This document shows positions 51,200 through 61,701 of a DNA stretch of 64,000 bases, in pieces (the stretch's first letter is position 1; each line of letters opens with the position of its first letter). Source of the DNA: a virus (lineage: Duplodnaviria > Caudoviricetes); the IMG/VR virus record IMGVR_UViG_3300032038_000001, positions 160,001-224,000 of that record; one strand, 5' to 3'. A program made the position numbers and the translations under genes. The notes below the pieces were generated by a model that ran no database searches, was not told the DNA's origin, and saw only the letters and a list, made by a program, of their open reading frames with translations.

Positions 51200-51958
51200 T
51201 TACAATGGTATTTTAATTAATTTTAATAATATATTGAAATAATTATAAGATATATCAACTTGGTCTTTCTCATCTTCCCAATATTGCATATACTTATTAT
51301 CATCTCCTATGATTGTAAAATCTGATTTTTCGTTAAAATTACGATAAAATCCTAATGCTAATTCTCGTGATTTATATTTATCAATAAAAGACCTAGTAAA
51401 GTCTATTACAGTTTTACTATCAGATGTTTCCATCTTTTTAAAATATAAACGAAGAAATTTAATCATATATTCATTATGAAGTTTAGTTCGTTCATCACCT
51501 ATCCCTTTTACTGAAAAATCATCAGGACTATAATATAGTTCTAATCGTTTTCCTAAACGAATATATGATGAATAATAATGTTTGGGACGAAAATTTATAT
51601 GTTTACCTATTTCTTGATGACTACAATACTTAATTACAAATATAGCGTCTTTCTTAATAGATATAACATCATTTTCATCTATATCATTCATCACGAAAAA
51701 TGAATGTCTAGCATCTTGAAAAGCCAGTTTTAAGTTAGATTTTAAATCTTCATTTTTTATTTGTATCTTACCAATTTGTATCTTCCTTTTATCTTTACTC
51801 ATTTTTTTAAGTTGAGATATTGTGTCGTTGGGAAGAAGTCCATATTCCTGTATTAATGAGAAACCAGCTTCTTTCATATCATATTCAATAATATCTTTAT
51901 TGAAAGTGTATATGATATTATCATTAAGAAAAGTATCTTTTTCCCATATATTTTCCAA
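51200..51958 (-). CDS. small divergent PolB-palm-like protein
   Basis: IIEYDMKEAG (motif A-like), ISIKKDAIF (motif C-like), FSVKGI. Confidence 0.5.
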   Translation of the reverse strand: MENIWEKDTFLNDNIIYTFNKDIIEYDMKEAGFSLIQEYGLLPNDTISQLKKMSKDKRKIQIGKIQIKNEDLKSNLKLAFQDARHSFFVMNDIDENDVISIKKDAIFVIKYCSHQEIGKHINFRPKHYYSSYIRLGKRLELYYSPDDFSVKGIGDERTKLHNEYMIKFLRLYFKKMETSDSKTVIDFTRSFIDKYKSRELALGFYRNFNEKSDFTIIGDDNKYMQYWEDEKDQVDISYNYFNILLKLIKIPL

Positions 51959-52031
51959 TATGCATCACATTCTTTCATATTTTTAATTAAAAAAATGTGT
52001 GACGTTTTATAAAACGTCACACATACATTTT

Positions 52032-52694
52032 TTAGTTCAGAACAAAGAGCTCATAAACTTCAACCATCTCTTTTCGACTCATACCATCAATATATAGGTC
52101 TCGTCTTTCGAGTTCTTTTTTCATTTTCTTTTTCGGCAATGATTTGAATTCTTTTTTGAGTTCTTGTCGCCCTCGTTCGGTTTTCATTTTTTCATGACGA
52201 CTTTTTAAGGAAGCTTCTTTACAATATTTTTTACATTCTTTAAGAACTTCCTTTTTCTTATACTTTAGTAGCCCAATCTTACCTTTTGAATACTTTCGAT
52301 ATTCATACACAGGATAGCCAAATGTTAAGTATATATACTCAGAAAGATATTGTAAATAATGAAGTTTATCTTCATTTTTTGCACATATAAAAATTATATT
52401 ATAATCTTTCTCTATACAACCCATAACCAAAATAGCTAAGAGTGCACGCTTTTCATCGAGCTGTTCAAAATATGCTTCCCGTTTAGACTCTTCGTCTAGT
52501 TTAAGCATAGACGAAGAGTTAGGAAACAGGTCATTATGAGCCAGTACAATATTGTCAAATCTATTACTACTTTTACGTATTCTTGTAGAAATGACCACAT
52601 ACTGTGCATCCAAAATGGCATCATCCGGTTCATTTTCCAGAAAATCATTTTGGAATACCTTGCTGTTCATAATGAACATCATACGATGAATCAC
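52032..52694 (-). CDS. hypothetical protein
   Basis: 220-aa ORF in operon, basic C-terminus. Confidence 0.7.
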   Translation of the reverse strand: MIHRMMFIMNSKVFQNDFLENEPDDAILDAQYVVISTRIRKSSNRFDNIVLAHNDLFPNSSSMLKLDEESKREAYFEQLDEKRALLAILVMGCIEKDYNIIFICAKNEDKLHYLQYLSEYIYLTFGYPVYEYRKYSKGKIGLLKYKKKEVLKECKKYCKEASLKSRHEKMKTERGRQELKKEFKSLPKKKMKKELERRDLYIDGMSRKEMVEVYELFVLN

Positions 52695-52697
52695 TCC

Positions 52698-53990
52698 TTA
52701 TTTTTTGTGTCTTATAGGAAGTTTCATTGAACCATCATTATCAGACTTCAATGATTCTATTTTAGTTTCTTCTGATGTTTCATTAATATCAAAATCAATT
52801 TCATCAGCAGATATTTCCATTATTTCTTCATCAGTATCATCATCCCTTATAGGTTCATATGGGGAAAATTCATTATAGTTTATATTATCTGATGAAGTAT
52901 CGTTTTCGTCATCCTCTTCTTCGTTGTCGTCTTCATCTACTCCTTCATCAGTGTCATCATCCCTTATAGGTTCATAAGGGAAGAATTCGTTATAGTCTAT
53001 ATTATCTGATGAAGTATCGTTTTCGTCATCTTCGTCTTCGTCTTCATCAGTATCAAGAAGTTCTTCATAAATAGTTTTGACGGTTCTTTCTAAAACATCG
53101 TCATCATAAATATCATACTCATTGTGAGCATTGATATCTCCTATGGCGTTAAAAATAGTATCTGAATCATTATCGATTAAATTCAGATACCTTTTAACAG
53201 CATCTTCACCCCGTAAATTCTTTACAGCAGTTACATAGTTGCTGTTATAACGATAAAATGCGACATTACCGAGTTCCGACTGGGTAGCAGCGTTAACCCA
53301 GAATTTGAGTCTCTGAACATCATCTGTCAATCCAAATATATCAGGAAGTGTCATAAGCGTCTTATGATCACTGTCACTAATATAGTAGAGGCAGTAGTGA
53401 CCACTTATTGCAACAATAAAGAATTTATTTGTATTTATATTTCTATATCTTCTGAACAAGTTTTCGTATTCATCCAGTGTTACTATTGCGAATGGATGCT
53501 TATTAATTAATGTAAAGCGCATTAATGTTTCACATACATCACCAATATAATCAGCATCATAATCAGCAGTATATACACTACTATTCAAATCTACATATTC
53601 AAGTGTCGGAATTGATAATACAGTGGGTGCAATTCCATCATCTATTACAATCCTCCCAAGATTGTAATTATATGATACATGTATACCATCTGTATCATCA
53701 ATTGAAGGAGTGTCTATGACATGTGGATCAGACACTTCTTCAATCTCCTCAAATATAAGAGGATTAAATGCTTCTTCTATATCGTATGACGGTGCTGTCG
53801 GCTCATCGTTACTCAAAGTTGCGACCTTTTTATTGCGTGATTTGATACGGTTGTTTAAATCGTTAACAAACCCAGTAGGTCTGTCACAACCCATGAATTC
53901 ATCAATCGAAATTTCATTAGCTTCCAGTTCAGCTAACCGGTTCATTGCATCCAGCTGGTTGCATTCTTTGTTATATTTCTTTTTACTCAT
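52698..53990 (-). CDS. hypothetical acidic protein with duplicated C-terminal segment
   Basis: DDENDTSSDNI.YNEF.PYEPIRDDDTDE twice (52826-52913, 52943-53030). Confidence 0.7.
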   Translation of the reverse strand: MSKKKYNKECNQLDAMNRLAELEANEISIDEFMGCDRPTGFVNDLNNRIKSRNKKVATLSNDEPTAPSYDIEEAFNPLIFEEIEEVSDPHVIDTPSIDDTDGIHVSYNYNLGRIVIDDGIAPTVLSIPTLEYVDLNSSVYTADYDADYIGDVCETLMRFTLINKHPFAIVTLDEYENLFRRYRNINTNKFFIVAISGHYCLYYISDSDHKTLMTLPDIFGLTDDVQRLKFWVNAATQSELGNVAFYRYNSNYVTAVKNLRGEDAVKRYLNLIDNDSDTIFNAIGDINAHNEYDIYDDDVLERTVKTIYEELLDTDEDEDEDDENDTSSDNIDYNEFFPYEPIRDDDTDEGVDEDDNEEEDDENDTSSDNINYNEFSPYEPIRDDDTDEEIMEISADEIDFDINETSEETKIESLKSDNDGSMKLPIRHKK

Positions 53991-54013
53991 TATAATTTAC
54001 TTCCTTTCAAAAA

Positions 54014-54991
54014 TCAATTTTCATCAAAATCATCAAAGCCAAACATTAAGCTTTGTTCTTTACGTTTTTTCTTTTCGGCTTTTAAAGCTTTCCTAGCTTC
54101 ATCAGCAGGGTCAACTTTCTTTTTCTTCTTCTTTTCAGGCTTTATATTTTCAAAGTCTGGATTTACTGGTACCAGTTCTTCAGGCTTTGTTATATTATAC
54201 CCGAGTCGACGAATATCACCGATTTCATCTTCTTGATTCTTTGCAGTTATACGTTTCCGTATTTCTGCAAATCTATACTTTTTCCCACAATGTGGGCAAA
54301 TTAAGACATTGTAATCTTTATCATAATTTAGTATGCTCTCATCGTCGCAAGTGCATACAAATAATTTATACTTGACCGAGTATATATACGCAAAATCAAG
54401 TATGCATATTGTACCGTCATTACGTAAACCCCAGTTTACGTAATTCTTACCGCTTATTCCAACATCTCCTATCAAGAAGAAATTCGAAATCTCCGATAAG
54501 ATTTCACGCATATCTTCTTGATAACTATGAAAGTCATCGAGTGTGAATATGCTGACGTATTCCGTTACTGCCAGCAAGCCGTTCTGTGTACATTCATACA
54601 CTTTTACGACATGCGGTTGTAACTCTCGTGTATATAAGAATTCACGGCGGTTGTCTATCATACCATCTTTATCTAATCCGATTTTAACAGCATACCCATC
54701 TATTAAAACGGCCATTCTGTTTGTTCCGCTTCCTAATGAAGTATATGGTACGTTATACTTTGTCAGAAGATCCTTGATAATTTTACCTTTTTCATTATTA
54801 TCAAGGATATGCTCCAATGTAACTTTAAAGATTTCATCCTTAAGTTCCATGGAGAAATAATTCTGAATAAGTGATCTCCTTTTAATCATTTGAGGCTCAC
54901 TCATTTTTATCACTCCCTTTATAAATATTATCCCATGACCAATCCAATGATTCTTCTTTATAATCATCAAAATCTTCATGTGAACTTTCAA
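54014..54991 (-). CDS. protein kinase-like protein with C-terminal Zn ribbon (start probably 54904)
   Basis: Gly loop LGSGTNR, AVKI, helix C Glu NRREF, GDV..N catalytic loop, ILDFAY; CTC..CPHCG. Confidence 0.75.
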   Translation of the reverse strand: MKVHMKILMIIKKNHWIGHGIIFIKGVIKMSEPQMIKRRSLIQNYFSMELKDEIFKVTLEHILDNNEKGKIIKDLLTKYNVPYTSLGSGTNRMAVLIDGYAVKIGLDKDGMIDNRREFLYTRELQPHVVKVYECTQNGLLAVTEYVSIFTLDDFHSYQEDMREILSEISNFFLIGDVGISGKNYVNWGLRNDGTICILDFAYIYSVKYKLFVCTCDDESILNYDKDYNVLICPHCGKKYRFAEIRKRITAKNQEDEIGDIRRLGYNITKPEELVPVNPDFENIKPEKKKKKKVDPADEARKALKAEKKKRKEQSLMFGFDDFDEN

Positions 54992-55055
54992 CTGTATTTA
55001 GCAGAATACAATCAATCGCTTCTCTTGCATTATGCTTATATGATTTTAATACATC

Positions 55056-56330
55056 TTAATCATCTCCATCATTTTTTACTTTATTTTTTTTCTTCTTTTT
55101 CTTAGAAACTACGTCATCACCCATACGTCGTTTCTGACGTTTCTGAACTTTAAGAAGTTGATTCTTAAGTTTCTTCTCACGTTCTTTATCACGCTTCTGA
55201 GCTTTACGAAGTTTCTTCTCACGTTCTTTATTATCAGAGAATGCCTTGATATTCCATCCGGAATCTTCAAGCACCTCTTTTATTTCAAGTTCTTTAATGG
55301 CACCTAATGTCTTAAGACGACCATGATAGTCTTCTCTGATATTCTCATCAGCATATTCGTCAAGTTCCATCATGAACCTATTATAATTATCATCATCAAG
55401 AATACTACCTATAAATTCAGGTATATCTGATAATGATTTATAATTATGCTTTCTGTCATATTCTTCAATATGACTAATGTCGTCTGCTGTAAGTTCAAAC
55501 GCGAACGAACTCAAGTGTTTAGTACTAGACTGATTTCTCTTTATCCTTTTGATAGTTTTGAATATCTCAGGACAATATTTAAGCACCATTTTACTTTCTT
55601 TCGACGTTAATGATACTGCAACAGATCTTTCTGTATCATCATTTTCATCATCAGGATCATAATACATTGTATCTTTAGATGTATCTGCATTGATGTATTC
55701 GTCAACAGTCGAATCAAGTTCAGATTCGTCAAACATTTGAGGAATATCGTCAATCAATTCATCATCGGTAAATATATCCGTTTCTTGATGAAGTAATTTT
55801 TTAGGGTCTTCATCCGAGAGAATAAATTCAGAAAGATATTCCCATGAAATATCTTTCTTATTCTTTCCCTTATATTTAGGAAACTTTAAACCATTTATAT
55901 ATATCTTATTTCGCATAAAGAGTTTCTTGAATTCATCTGGTGTATATACACCATTGTTTTCTGCAACTACATCTAAACAATGCAGTGCTTCCCTCATAAC
56001 TGTAACATACTCGTCGATATGTCTATAGTTATTCTTAGCTTTTCTAAGAATTTTAAATGTTTCATAAAAATGGTTTTTAGCTTGGCGTTCTTCTTCACTT
56101 AGATGATATTCATCACCAAAATCGTGAACAACAGCACAGTCCATTCCAGCTTCAATCACCTTCAAACGTTCGGGTGAAATAAACACTGGCTTACGTTCAA
56201 CCTTTGAAAAAAGTTGACCTTGTGGTTTAGGCTCTTCCTCGGCTTCGTCGAAGATTTCTCGTATATTTTTTTCCTCCTCTTCGTCAAAACCTATCAGTAA
56301 CATTCTTTCGTCTTCCATAAAATTAACCAT
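55056..56330 (-). CDS. hypothetical protein, basic C-terminus
   Basis: 424-aa ORF, first of operon, early-like motif 56363-56371. Confidence 0.7.
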   Translation of the reverse strand: MVNFMEDERMLLIGFDEEEEKNIREIFDEAEEEPKPQGQLFSKVERKPVFISPERLKVIEAGMDCAVVHDFGDEYHLSEEERQAKNHFYETFKILRKAKNNYRHIDEYVTVMREALHCLDVVAENNGVYTPDEFKKLFMRNKIYINGLKFPKYKGKNKKDISWEYLSEFILSDEDPKKLLHQETDIFTDDELIDDIPQMFDESELDSTVDEYINADTSKDTMYYDPDDENDDTERSVAVSLTSKESKMVLKYCPEIFKTIKRIKRNQSSTKHLSSFAFELTADDISHIEEYDRKHNYKSLSDIPEFIGSILDDDNYNRFMMELDEYADENIREDYHGRLKTLGAIKELEIKEVLEDSGWNIKAFSDNKEREKKLRKAQKRDKEREKKLKNQLLKVQKRQKRRMGDDVVSKKKKKKNKVKNDGDD

Positions 56331-56515
56331 TCCTTTCTATGGTAATATTTTCTTACTATGAAATAATATATAAACTAATAGAAAATATTAAATGAGAGTT
56401 TGATTCAAGTTTATTTTTAATTTTTATAACATAGAAATAAAACTGAAAGAAATTTATTATTCGTCGGATTCCTTAAAAAAATGAAGTTGTACATTTTTTT
56501 GTACAACTTCATTTT

Positions 56516-57190
56516 TTATATTACTGCACTTGATGTTGTCTCCATTTTACTAACATCATTAAATCCATCGACATCTATATATGTAAACTCCCTACGTATT
56601 GCTTCAAATGACTCGGGTGTTAAGTTTTTAGTCATATCGAGCTTACGTTGAAGTTTATCATACATGTCATCACTTATATATTTCTCATATTTTTCCAAAA
56701 ACTGAGAATAATCACCATATACCATATTTAACGGTACTATAAGCTTTGATGAATTGTGTATAACTTCGTGCATTGTTTTAGATAATGGTACAAGACCGAC
56801 CATATTCAAATAATGAAGCTCAAGGACTTCATCGGCAATTAATAAATCATTAAGAGGAAGACCTTCGTCTTGAAATTTTGATAAAACTACTTCCACATAG
56901 TCATATAATGTAAAAGGTTCATGATGTAATTCAATACTCACTCTTCCTCGTTTATTTTGTTCTTTATTTGAAGTAATATTTTGAAAGAATATACATTTAT
57001 TCAAGTCTAGATGCTCTTTCAAAAATTGAATATAATCACGATATTCCATGGATGTCCTGACTATTTTTTCAATCCTTTTTATATATTTACATCTATCTTT
57101 ATCCGTATCTATATTAACATAATATTCCATTGGCTCTGGAGTAGTTATAGATACCGTATTGATATAGTCATTCAAACTTTTTTTCGACAT
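56516..57190 (-). CDS. HNH-like protein, paralogue of 48076..48702
   Basis: C..IELHHEPF..LVPLSKTMHEVIH. Confidence 0.55.
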   Translation of the reverse strand: MSKKSLNDYINTVSITTPEPMEYYVNIDTDKDRCKYIKRIEKIVRTSMEYRDYIQFLKEHLDLNKCIFFQNITSNKEQNKRGRVSIELHHEPFTLYDYVEVVLSKFQDEGLPLNDLLIADEVLELHYLNMVGLVPLSKTMHEVIHNSSKLIVPLNMVYGDYSQFLEKYEKYISDDMYDKLQRKLDMTKNLTPESFEAIRREFTYIDVDGFNDVSKMETTSSAVI

Positions 57191-57227
57191 TCAGATTCAC
57201 CTCACTTAATAAATTGTAGACTGTTTA

Positions 57228-57788
57228 TTATTTAAACGTATCACCATATAAAGTAATAAAATATGCGAGTTCATCGTATTTCCACTCAGATAATTTATTA
57301 TAGAGGGATTCCTCATACGACATTTGATCAACCATGACAAATAATTTATATCCATCAATGAAATCAAGATATTCCAGTGCTTTCATTATCTTTTTATTAA
57401 ATAATAATTTAAAAGTATCAAATGATAACCACCATCCTTCATCATTTAAAGGTATTTGTGGTTCTTTGACAAATTGATATTCATCCTGAGTTACTAGTAA
57501 CTCAACATTAAATATCCTCTGCGAATTAGTATTTTTATTTTCAACAGTTCTTATTTTTTGTAATGACAGCACTTTACCTCTATGTGAATTAGCAAACTCA
57601 GCATATTCTTCTCTACTGACTTTAGTAACTCTCTTAATAAATCTATTCATGTCACGCTCTTTTTCAAAGCGCTTTGCTAACTCCTTATCGACAGTTAACG
57701 CATATAGATTGTACTTACTAGTTGAAGGGAAGTCATCCTCTTTTAATTCTGCATCAGTAGGTTTTTTAATGTATCGCCATAAATGCAT
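57228..57788 (-). CDS. hypothetical protein, LYAxT family member 4
   Basis: LYALTVDKELAKRFEKERDMNRF. Confidence 0.7.
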   Translation of the reverse strand: MHLWRYIKKPTDAELKEDDFPSTSKYNLYALTVDKELAKRFEKERDMNRFIKRVTKVSREEYAEFANSHRGKVLSLQKIRTVENKNTNSQRIFNVELLVTQDEYQFVKEPQIPLNDEGWWLSFDTFKLLFNKKIMKALEYLDFIDGYKLFVMVDQMSYEESLYNKLSEWKYDELAYFITLYGDTFK

Positions 57789-58393
57789 GCATCACACATC
57801 CTTTCTATATTATACGTATTTTCAAATTCATGAAAATATAATGCGAATAAGTTTATTTCAAATGAATAAAAGGGCATTGAATCCATTTGTCTTACCCAGC
57901 CTATAAAATCATAATAATTAAATATTCTTTTTAATATATTAGATATTGTATCATTAAATATATCTGGGGAGATTAGTGATAAGTTTTTATGAACTTCATC
58001 AAATATTAGATGTAATGAAGATATACCATCAAAATATACTTTATTGAATTCTTTTCCAGTACTAAGAATTAATATGATATCAGTGACTATCTTATCATTT
58101 TTAATAGACCTAGTTTTATACCCTCTGAATTTTATAACGTAATCATCGTATTTTTCAGAAAATGATTCATATTCATCTTTACTCATATCTTCTATCTTAT
58201 AATAAAATATATCCATATTGCGAGTATTGATGAATTTGTTTCTAATAGATTTATCGTTAGTGAATCCATATAATGCATAAAACGTATCACCATTTCTTTT
58301 AACATTATCATTACTGATACCTGGGAAGTAGGTCTCTGTAAGAAATTCATGAACTAAATAAAACATGTATACTTTCATTATTTTTCCTTTCAA
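57743..58393 (-). CDS. hypothetical protein, LYAxT family member 3
   Basis: LYGFTNDKSIRNKFINTRNMDIF. Confidence 0.7.
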   Translation of the reverse strand: MKGKIMKVYMFYLVHEFLTETYFPGISNDNVKRNGDTFYALYGFTNDKSIRNKFINTRNMDIFYYKIEDMSKDEYESFSEKYDDYVIKFRGYKTRSIKNDKIVTDIILILSTGKEFNKVYFDGISSLHLIFDEVHKNLSLISPDIFNDTISNILKRIFNYYDFIGWVRQMDSMPFYSFEINLFALYFHEFENTYNIERMCDACIYGDTLKNLLMQN

Positions 58394-59064
58394 TATATCA
58401 TAGATTTTATATACTGAATCAGCATTTGTAATTTATCAGCGCAAATATCAAAATATCTACGTCCAAATACTGTAAATCCATAGGATTTATTATATTCAGC
58501 AAATTCAGATCGTTCGGTTATTTCATCATCGGTAAAACATTCTGGATCACCGCCAACCATAAGATCATACTCAGTTGTATAAGATATTACATCGAGAGCA
58601 TCAATTAATGTTTGATTAAATGGATGATAATCAACCATTATTTCAGGCATATAATTATAGTACATTTCACTGTATCCTTCAGCACTATCAGTAAGTAGAA
58701 ATTCAAATAGTGTTGAAGGAAATATGGTTGATGATACATTAGCCATATCACCACGATCATATTTATAATACCCAAGTTTATACTCTGAATATGTCTCCTT
58801 AAATTTTATATAATCATCTTTAGAAAAATCTTTTTTCAACGGAATATAATATTTACATCCTGAACGAATATTCATAAAATCATTAAATAGATTTTTTTTC
58901 TTTGTCCAAGCATATAACCCAGTGTACTTTTCTGTTTCATCATCATATGACCAATCTTTAGTGTTTGGTATAACACCAGAAACTGAGTCAATAAAAACCT
59001 TTTTTGGCACTGCGGCATAAATACAATAAATCGTCATATTAATCCTTTCTAAGATATTTTCCAA
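58390..59064 (-). CDS. hypothetical protein, LYAxT family member 2
   Basis: LYAWTKKKNLFNDFMNIR. Confidence 0.7.
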   Translation of the reverse strand: MENILERINMTIYCIYAAVPKKVFIDSVSGVIPNTKDWSYDDETEKYTGLYAWTKKKNLFNDFMNIRSGCKYYIPLKKDFSKDDYIKFKETYSEYKLGYYKYDRGDMANVSSTIFPSTLFEFLLTDSAEGYSEMYYNYMPEIMVDYHPFNQTLIDALDVISYTTEYDLMVGGDPECFTDDEITERSEFAEYNKSYGFTVFGRRYFDICADKLQMLIQYIKSMIY

Positions 59065-59605
59065 ATGCCTTTATAAACCCACCAAATATATCAAATTCAT
59101 AATCATATTGTGCATTCGGAAATATATCTTCTATTTTTTCAGGTTCATAGCAATACATATAGCTATATACATAATCAATATACTTTAAAGCATTAAAAAT
59201 TTTCTTATTAAAACAAAATGGATTTACACGTGCCATCGAAAATATTTCATATGAGATAAACGAATCATAAGATGAAATTAGACTCATCTCTTCAGCCTCT
59301 GTGACAACTAATGAAAAAGGAACAGGTATACCTGGATTATCTATATCTTTAGTATAACCATTCATTAGCATCAGATTATTTGGCTGATTATATTTAACTA
59401 AATTATTCACAGTACTTCTGTCAAATTTCATCACCCTTTTATGAAATAAATTCATATCTCGTTCTTTTTCGAATTGCTTTGCTAATTCTTTATTATCGGT
59501 ATATGCATATAATTCTACATTATCATCTATATTTTCATCATATAGATAATATAAATAGTACTTATATTTATTAGTAGTTTTCATATTTTGATAACCACTC
59601 CTCAT
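59039..59605 (-). CDS. hypothetical protein, LYAxT family member 1
   Basis: LYAYTDNKELAKQFEKERDMNLF. Confidence 0.7.
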   Translation of the reverse strand: MRSGYQNMKTTNKYKYYLYYLYDENIDDNVELYAYTDNKELAKQFEKERDMNLFHKRVMKFDRSTVNNLVKYNQPNNLMLMNGYTKDIDNPGIPVPFSLVVTEAEEMSLISSYDSFISYEIFSMARVNPFCFNKKIFNALKYIDYVYSYMYCYEPEKIEDIFPNAQYDYEFDIFGGFIKAFGKYLRKD

Positions 59606-59777
59606 TCATACATTTTTCAAAATCCTCTTCATCAAGATATTCCTTTAACTTTTTCAATTTCTTTTTAATTTTCTTAGGACTTTTATCTAATGAATTGTAA
59701 ATCAAAAAATCAGAAAGCAGTAAGAGATCATCAACTGATTCTTTTATATTTTTTATATCTTTATCAAATTTATTCAT
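59571..59777 (-). CDS. small hypothetical protein
   Basis: AAAGGA RBS; early-like motif 59812-59820. Confidence 0.6.
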   Translation of the reverse strand: MNKFDKDIKNIKESVDDLLLLSDFLIYNSLDKSPKKIKKKLKKLKEYLDEEDFEKCMNEEWLSKYENY

Positions 59778-59841
59778 ACATTTTCATATCCTTTATCTAA
59801 AGTATATGAAGATGATATATAAGTAATTCACAATTCATTCG

Positions 59842-60039
59842 GTGTACTTTAATATAAACATCAACAAGGGGGAATTTTTTATGAATAATGATTGTCTCAA
59901 TAACTATGATGATTCAGAAATTGAATCATATTTCGGAGAATCAGATGATTCTATTAAAAAATGTAATAAATGTCCTCATCTTATATATGAAAATGGAACA
60001 ATAACATGCGACAAAATTATAGAAAAGGAAGATCAATAA
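59842..60039 (+). CDS. small Cys-containing protein (start probably 59881)
   Basis: CNKCPH..TC; AAGGGGG RBS; TAATG coupling to the next ORF. Confidence 0.55.
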   Translation: MYFNININKGEFFMNNDCLNNYDDSEIESYFGESDDSIKKCNKCPHLIYENGTITCDKIIEKEDQ

Positions 60040-61295
60040 TGATTGTACAGAATGTAGAAATGTCAAATATTGACAAATTGTATGAAGCTATTGCAATAGG
60101 TAAGCATAATCCAGATTATGATAAAAAAATATATGATAATATTAATAAATTACTATCTCATACCACTATAACTTTTTTCATTGATGACTTGACTTTATTT
60201 GAAGAGTTTATCATGAAAGTCTTTACAAACTCGGAAATTATTCCAGTAGCGACATTTTATGACAATGAAGCATTAGGTGATAAATATAAACAAGTTATAG
60301 ATAACATTTTAACGTTATCTGACAGTATTAATCGTGATGCCGATATAAAATATTCAATTGGTCAATACTTCCTAACGGCTGGCTGTATAACTAAGAGAAT
60401 TATTTTGTCGTTATCTGGTCCACAGTTATTCTCTATTTTTGGTATGATGCCTGATGTATTTTTTATGAAAACATTTGGATATCAATCAAACAGTGATTTT
60501 TCTCATGAAATTCTCGATTATAAAGTTCTCGAGGATTCATTAATTACAAACTTTGTTAATAATTTTTATAGTTATTATCAGTCATATGTAAATAAAATTG
60601 ATGCTGTTATTGATTCATACATTCATAGTAATTTCTATAGTTTTATCGATGATAAAAAAACTTCTGTAGCATTATCAGATGTTGTATCTCCTACGGGTTC
60701 AATATCGTTTTTTGGTGATAAAACCGATAATATACAGACAGATATGATGCACACATCTAGTGTATTTTTAGATGTAATAGATGATGTACGTGGTTTAATG
60801 TACAAATCAATAAATCTATATTTTGTTATAAATTGCAGTTTTTATGCGTTCCTAGAGATGTCTATAGCTCTTCCTAATGTATTTTTCATAGACCATCAGG
60901 ATATGAAACTTTTATTTAGAGAAGATGCTAAAATGATAATACCAGAAGGATTAGATAAATATAGTATGAGATTATCATCTAAACTTGGAGATATAAAAAA
61001 GATGAAAGATGAAGTATCTTCTAAACATGAAGCTAATCTCACAAGATATAAATTTATTCCATTAAATACATCAATTAAATTTAGTATGAAGATTTCTCTG
61101 AATGACATTTCTTCAACTTTATTGAAGTATGAAACAGCGATTAGAGATAATCATATTTATAATATGAATTCGGCTTTAAGTAACGAGATACTCTATATAA
61201 TTAATTCAATTAAATCAACATCAAAAAGTATTTATGATATATTATTATCATCATCGAAAGAACTTGAACGACGTGTATTTGATGATAATAACTAA
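60006..61295 (+). CDS. hypothetical protein (start probably 60039)
   Basis: long ORF followed by terminator aaatgggtctatag / ctatagacccattt. Confidence 0.7.
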   Translation: MRQNYRKGRSIMIVQNVEMSNIDKLYEAIAIGKHNPDYDKKIYDNINKLLSHTTITFFIDDLTLFEEFIMKVFTNSEIIPVATFYDNEALGDKYKQVIDNILTLSDSINRDADIKYSIGQYFLTAGCITKRIILSLSGPQLFSIFGMMPDVFFMKTFGYQSNSDFSHEILDYKVLEDSLITNFVNNFYSYYQSYVNKIDAVIDSYIHSNFYSFIDDKKTSVALSDVVSPTGSISFFGDKTDNIQTDMMHTSSVFLDVIDDVRGLMYKSINLYFVINCSFYAFLEMSIALPNVFFIDHQDMKLLFREDAKMIIPEGLDKYSMRLSSKLGDIKKMKDEVSSKHEANLTRYKFIPLNTSIKFSMKISLNDISSTLLKYETAIRDNHIYNMNSALSNEILYIINSIKSTSKSIYDILLSSSKELERRVFDDNN

Positions 61296-61535
61296 GAAAT
61301 GGGTCTATAGAATTAAAAATCTATAGACCCATTTTTAATATATTTTTTATACTAATATACGTAGAAAAAATTGACTATTACGTATTTTATACGTAATAGT
61401 CAATTGATTTGGATAATATTCTGAAAGGAGACTAGAACTAGAATGTGAATTCATCTTTATTTAAATGTTATGAAAGATAACTAATAAATTAAGTCATCAT
61501 TTATATATGAATTATCATTTTTAAGTTATTCAAGG

Positions 61536-61701
61536 TTTTCCTTTTTTCTCTTTCTTATCCTATTTATTTTTTTATCTTTCTCTTTTTTTTATTTTTCTCT
61601 TTCTTCCTTTTTCTTCTCTTTTTTTTTATTTTTTTATCCCCCATTTGTGGGCTCGCTTTTCGCTCCCCCAGCCGGTAGGGGTTCCCCCTTAATAGAATGT
61701 T
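61536..61701 (-). other. late-type promoter followed by G-run block and about 100-nt polypurine tract
   Basis: AACA ttctat TA (61701-61690), then GGGGG..GGGGG..GGGGG and an A/G-dominated tract on the minus strand. Confidence 0.6.

Noticed and set aside
61564-61644. 26-aa Lys/Arg-rich ORF on the minus strand (MGDKKIKKKRRK..)
   Set aside because: Polypurine tracts lack stop codons by composition and there is no well-spaced RBS; not excluded but unsupported
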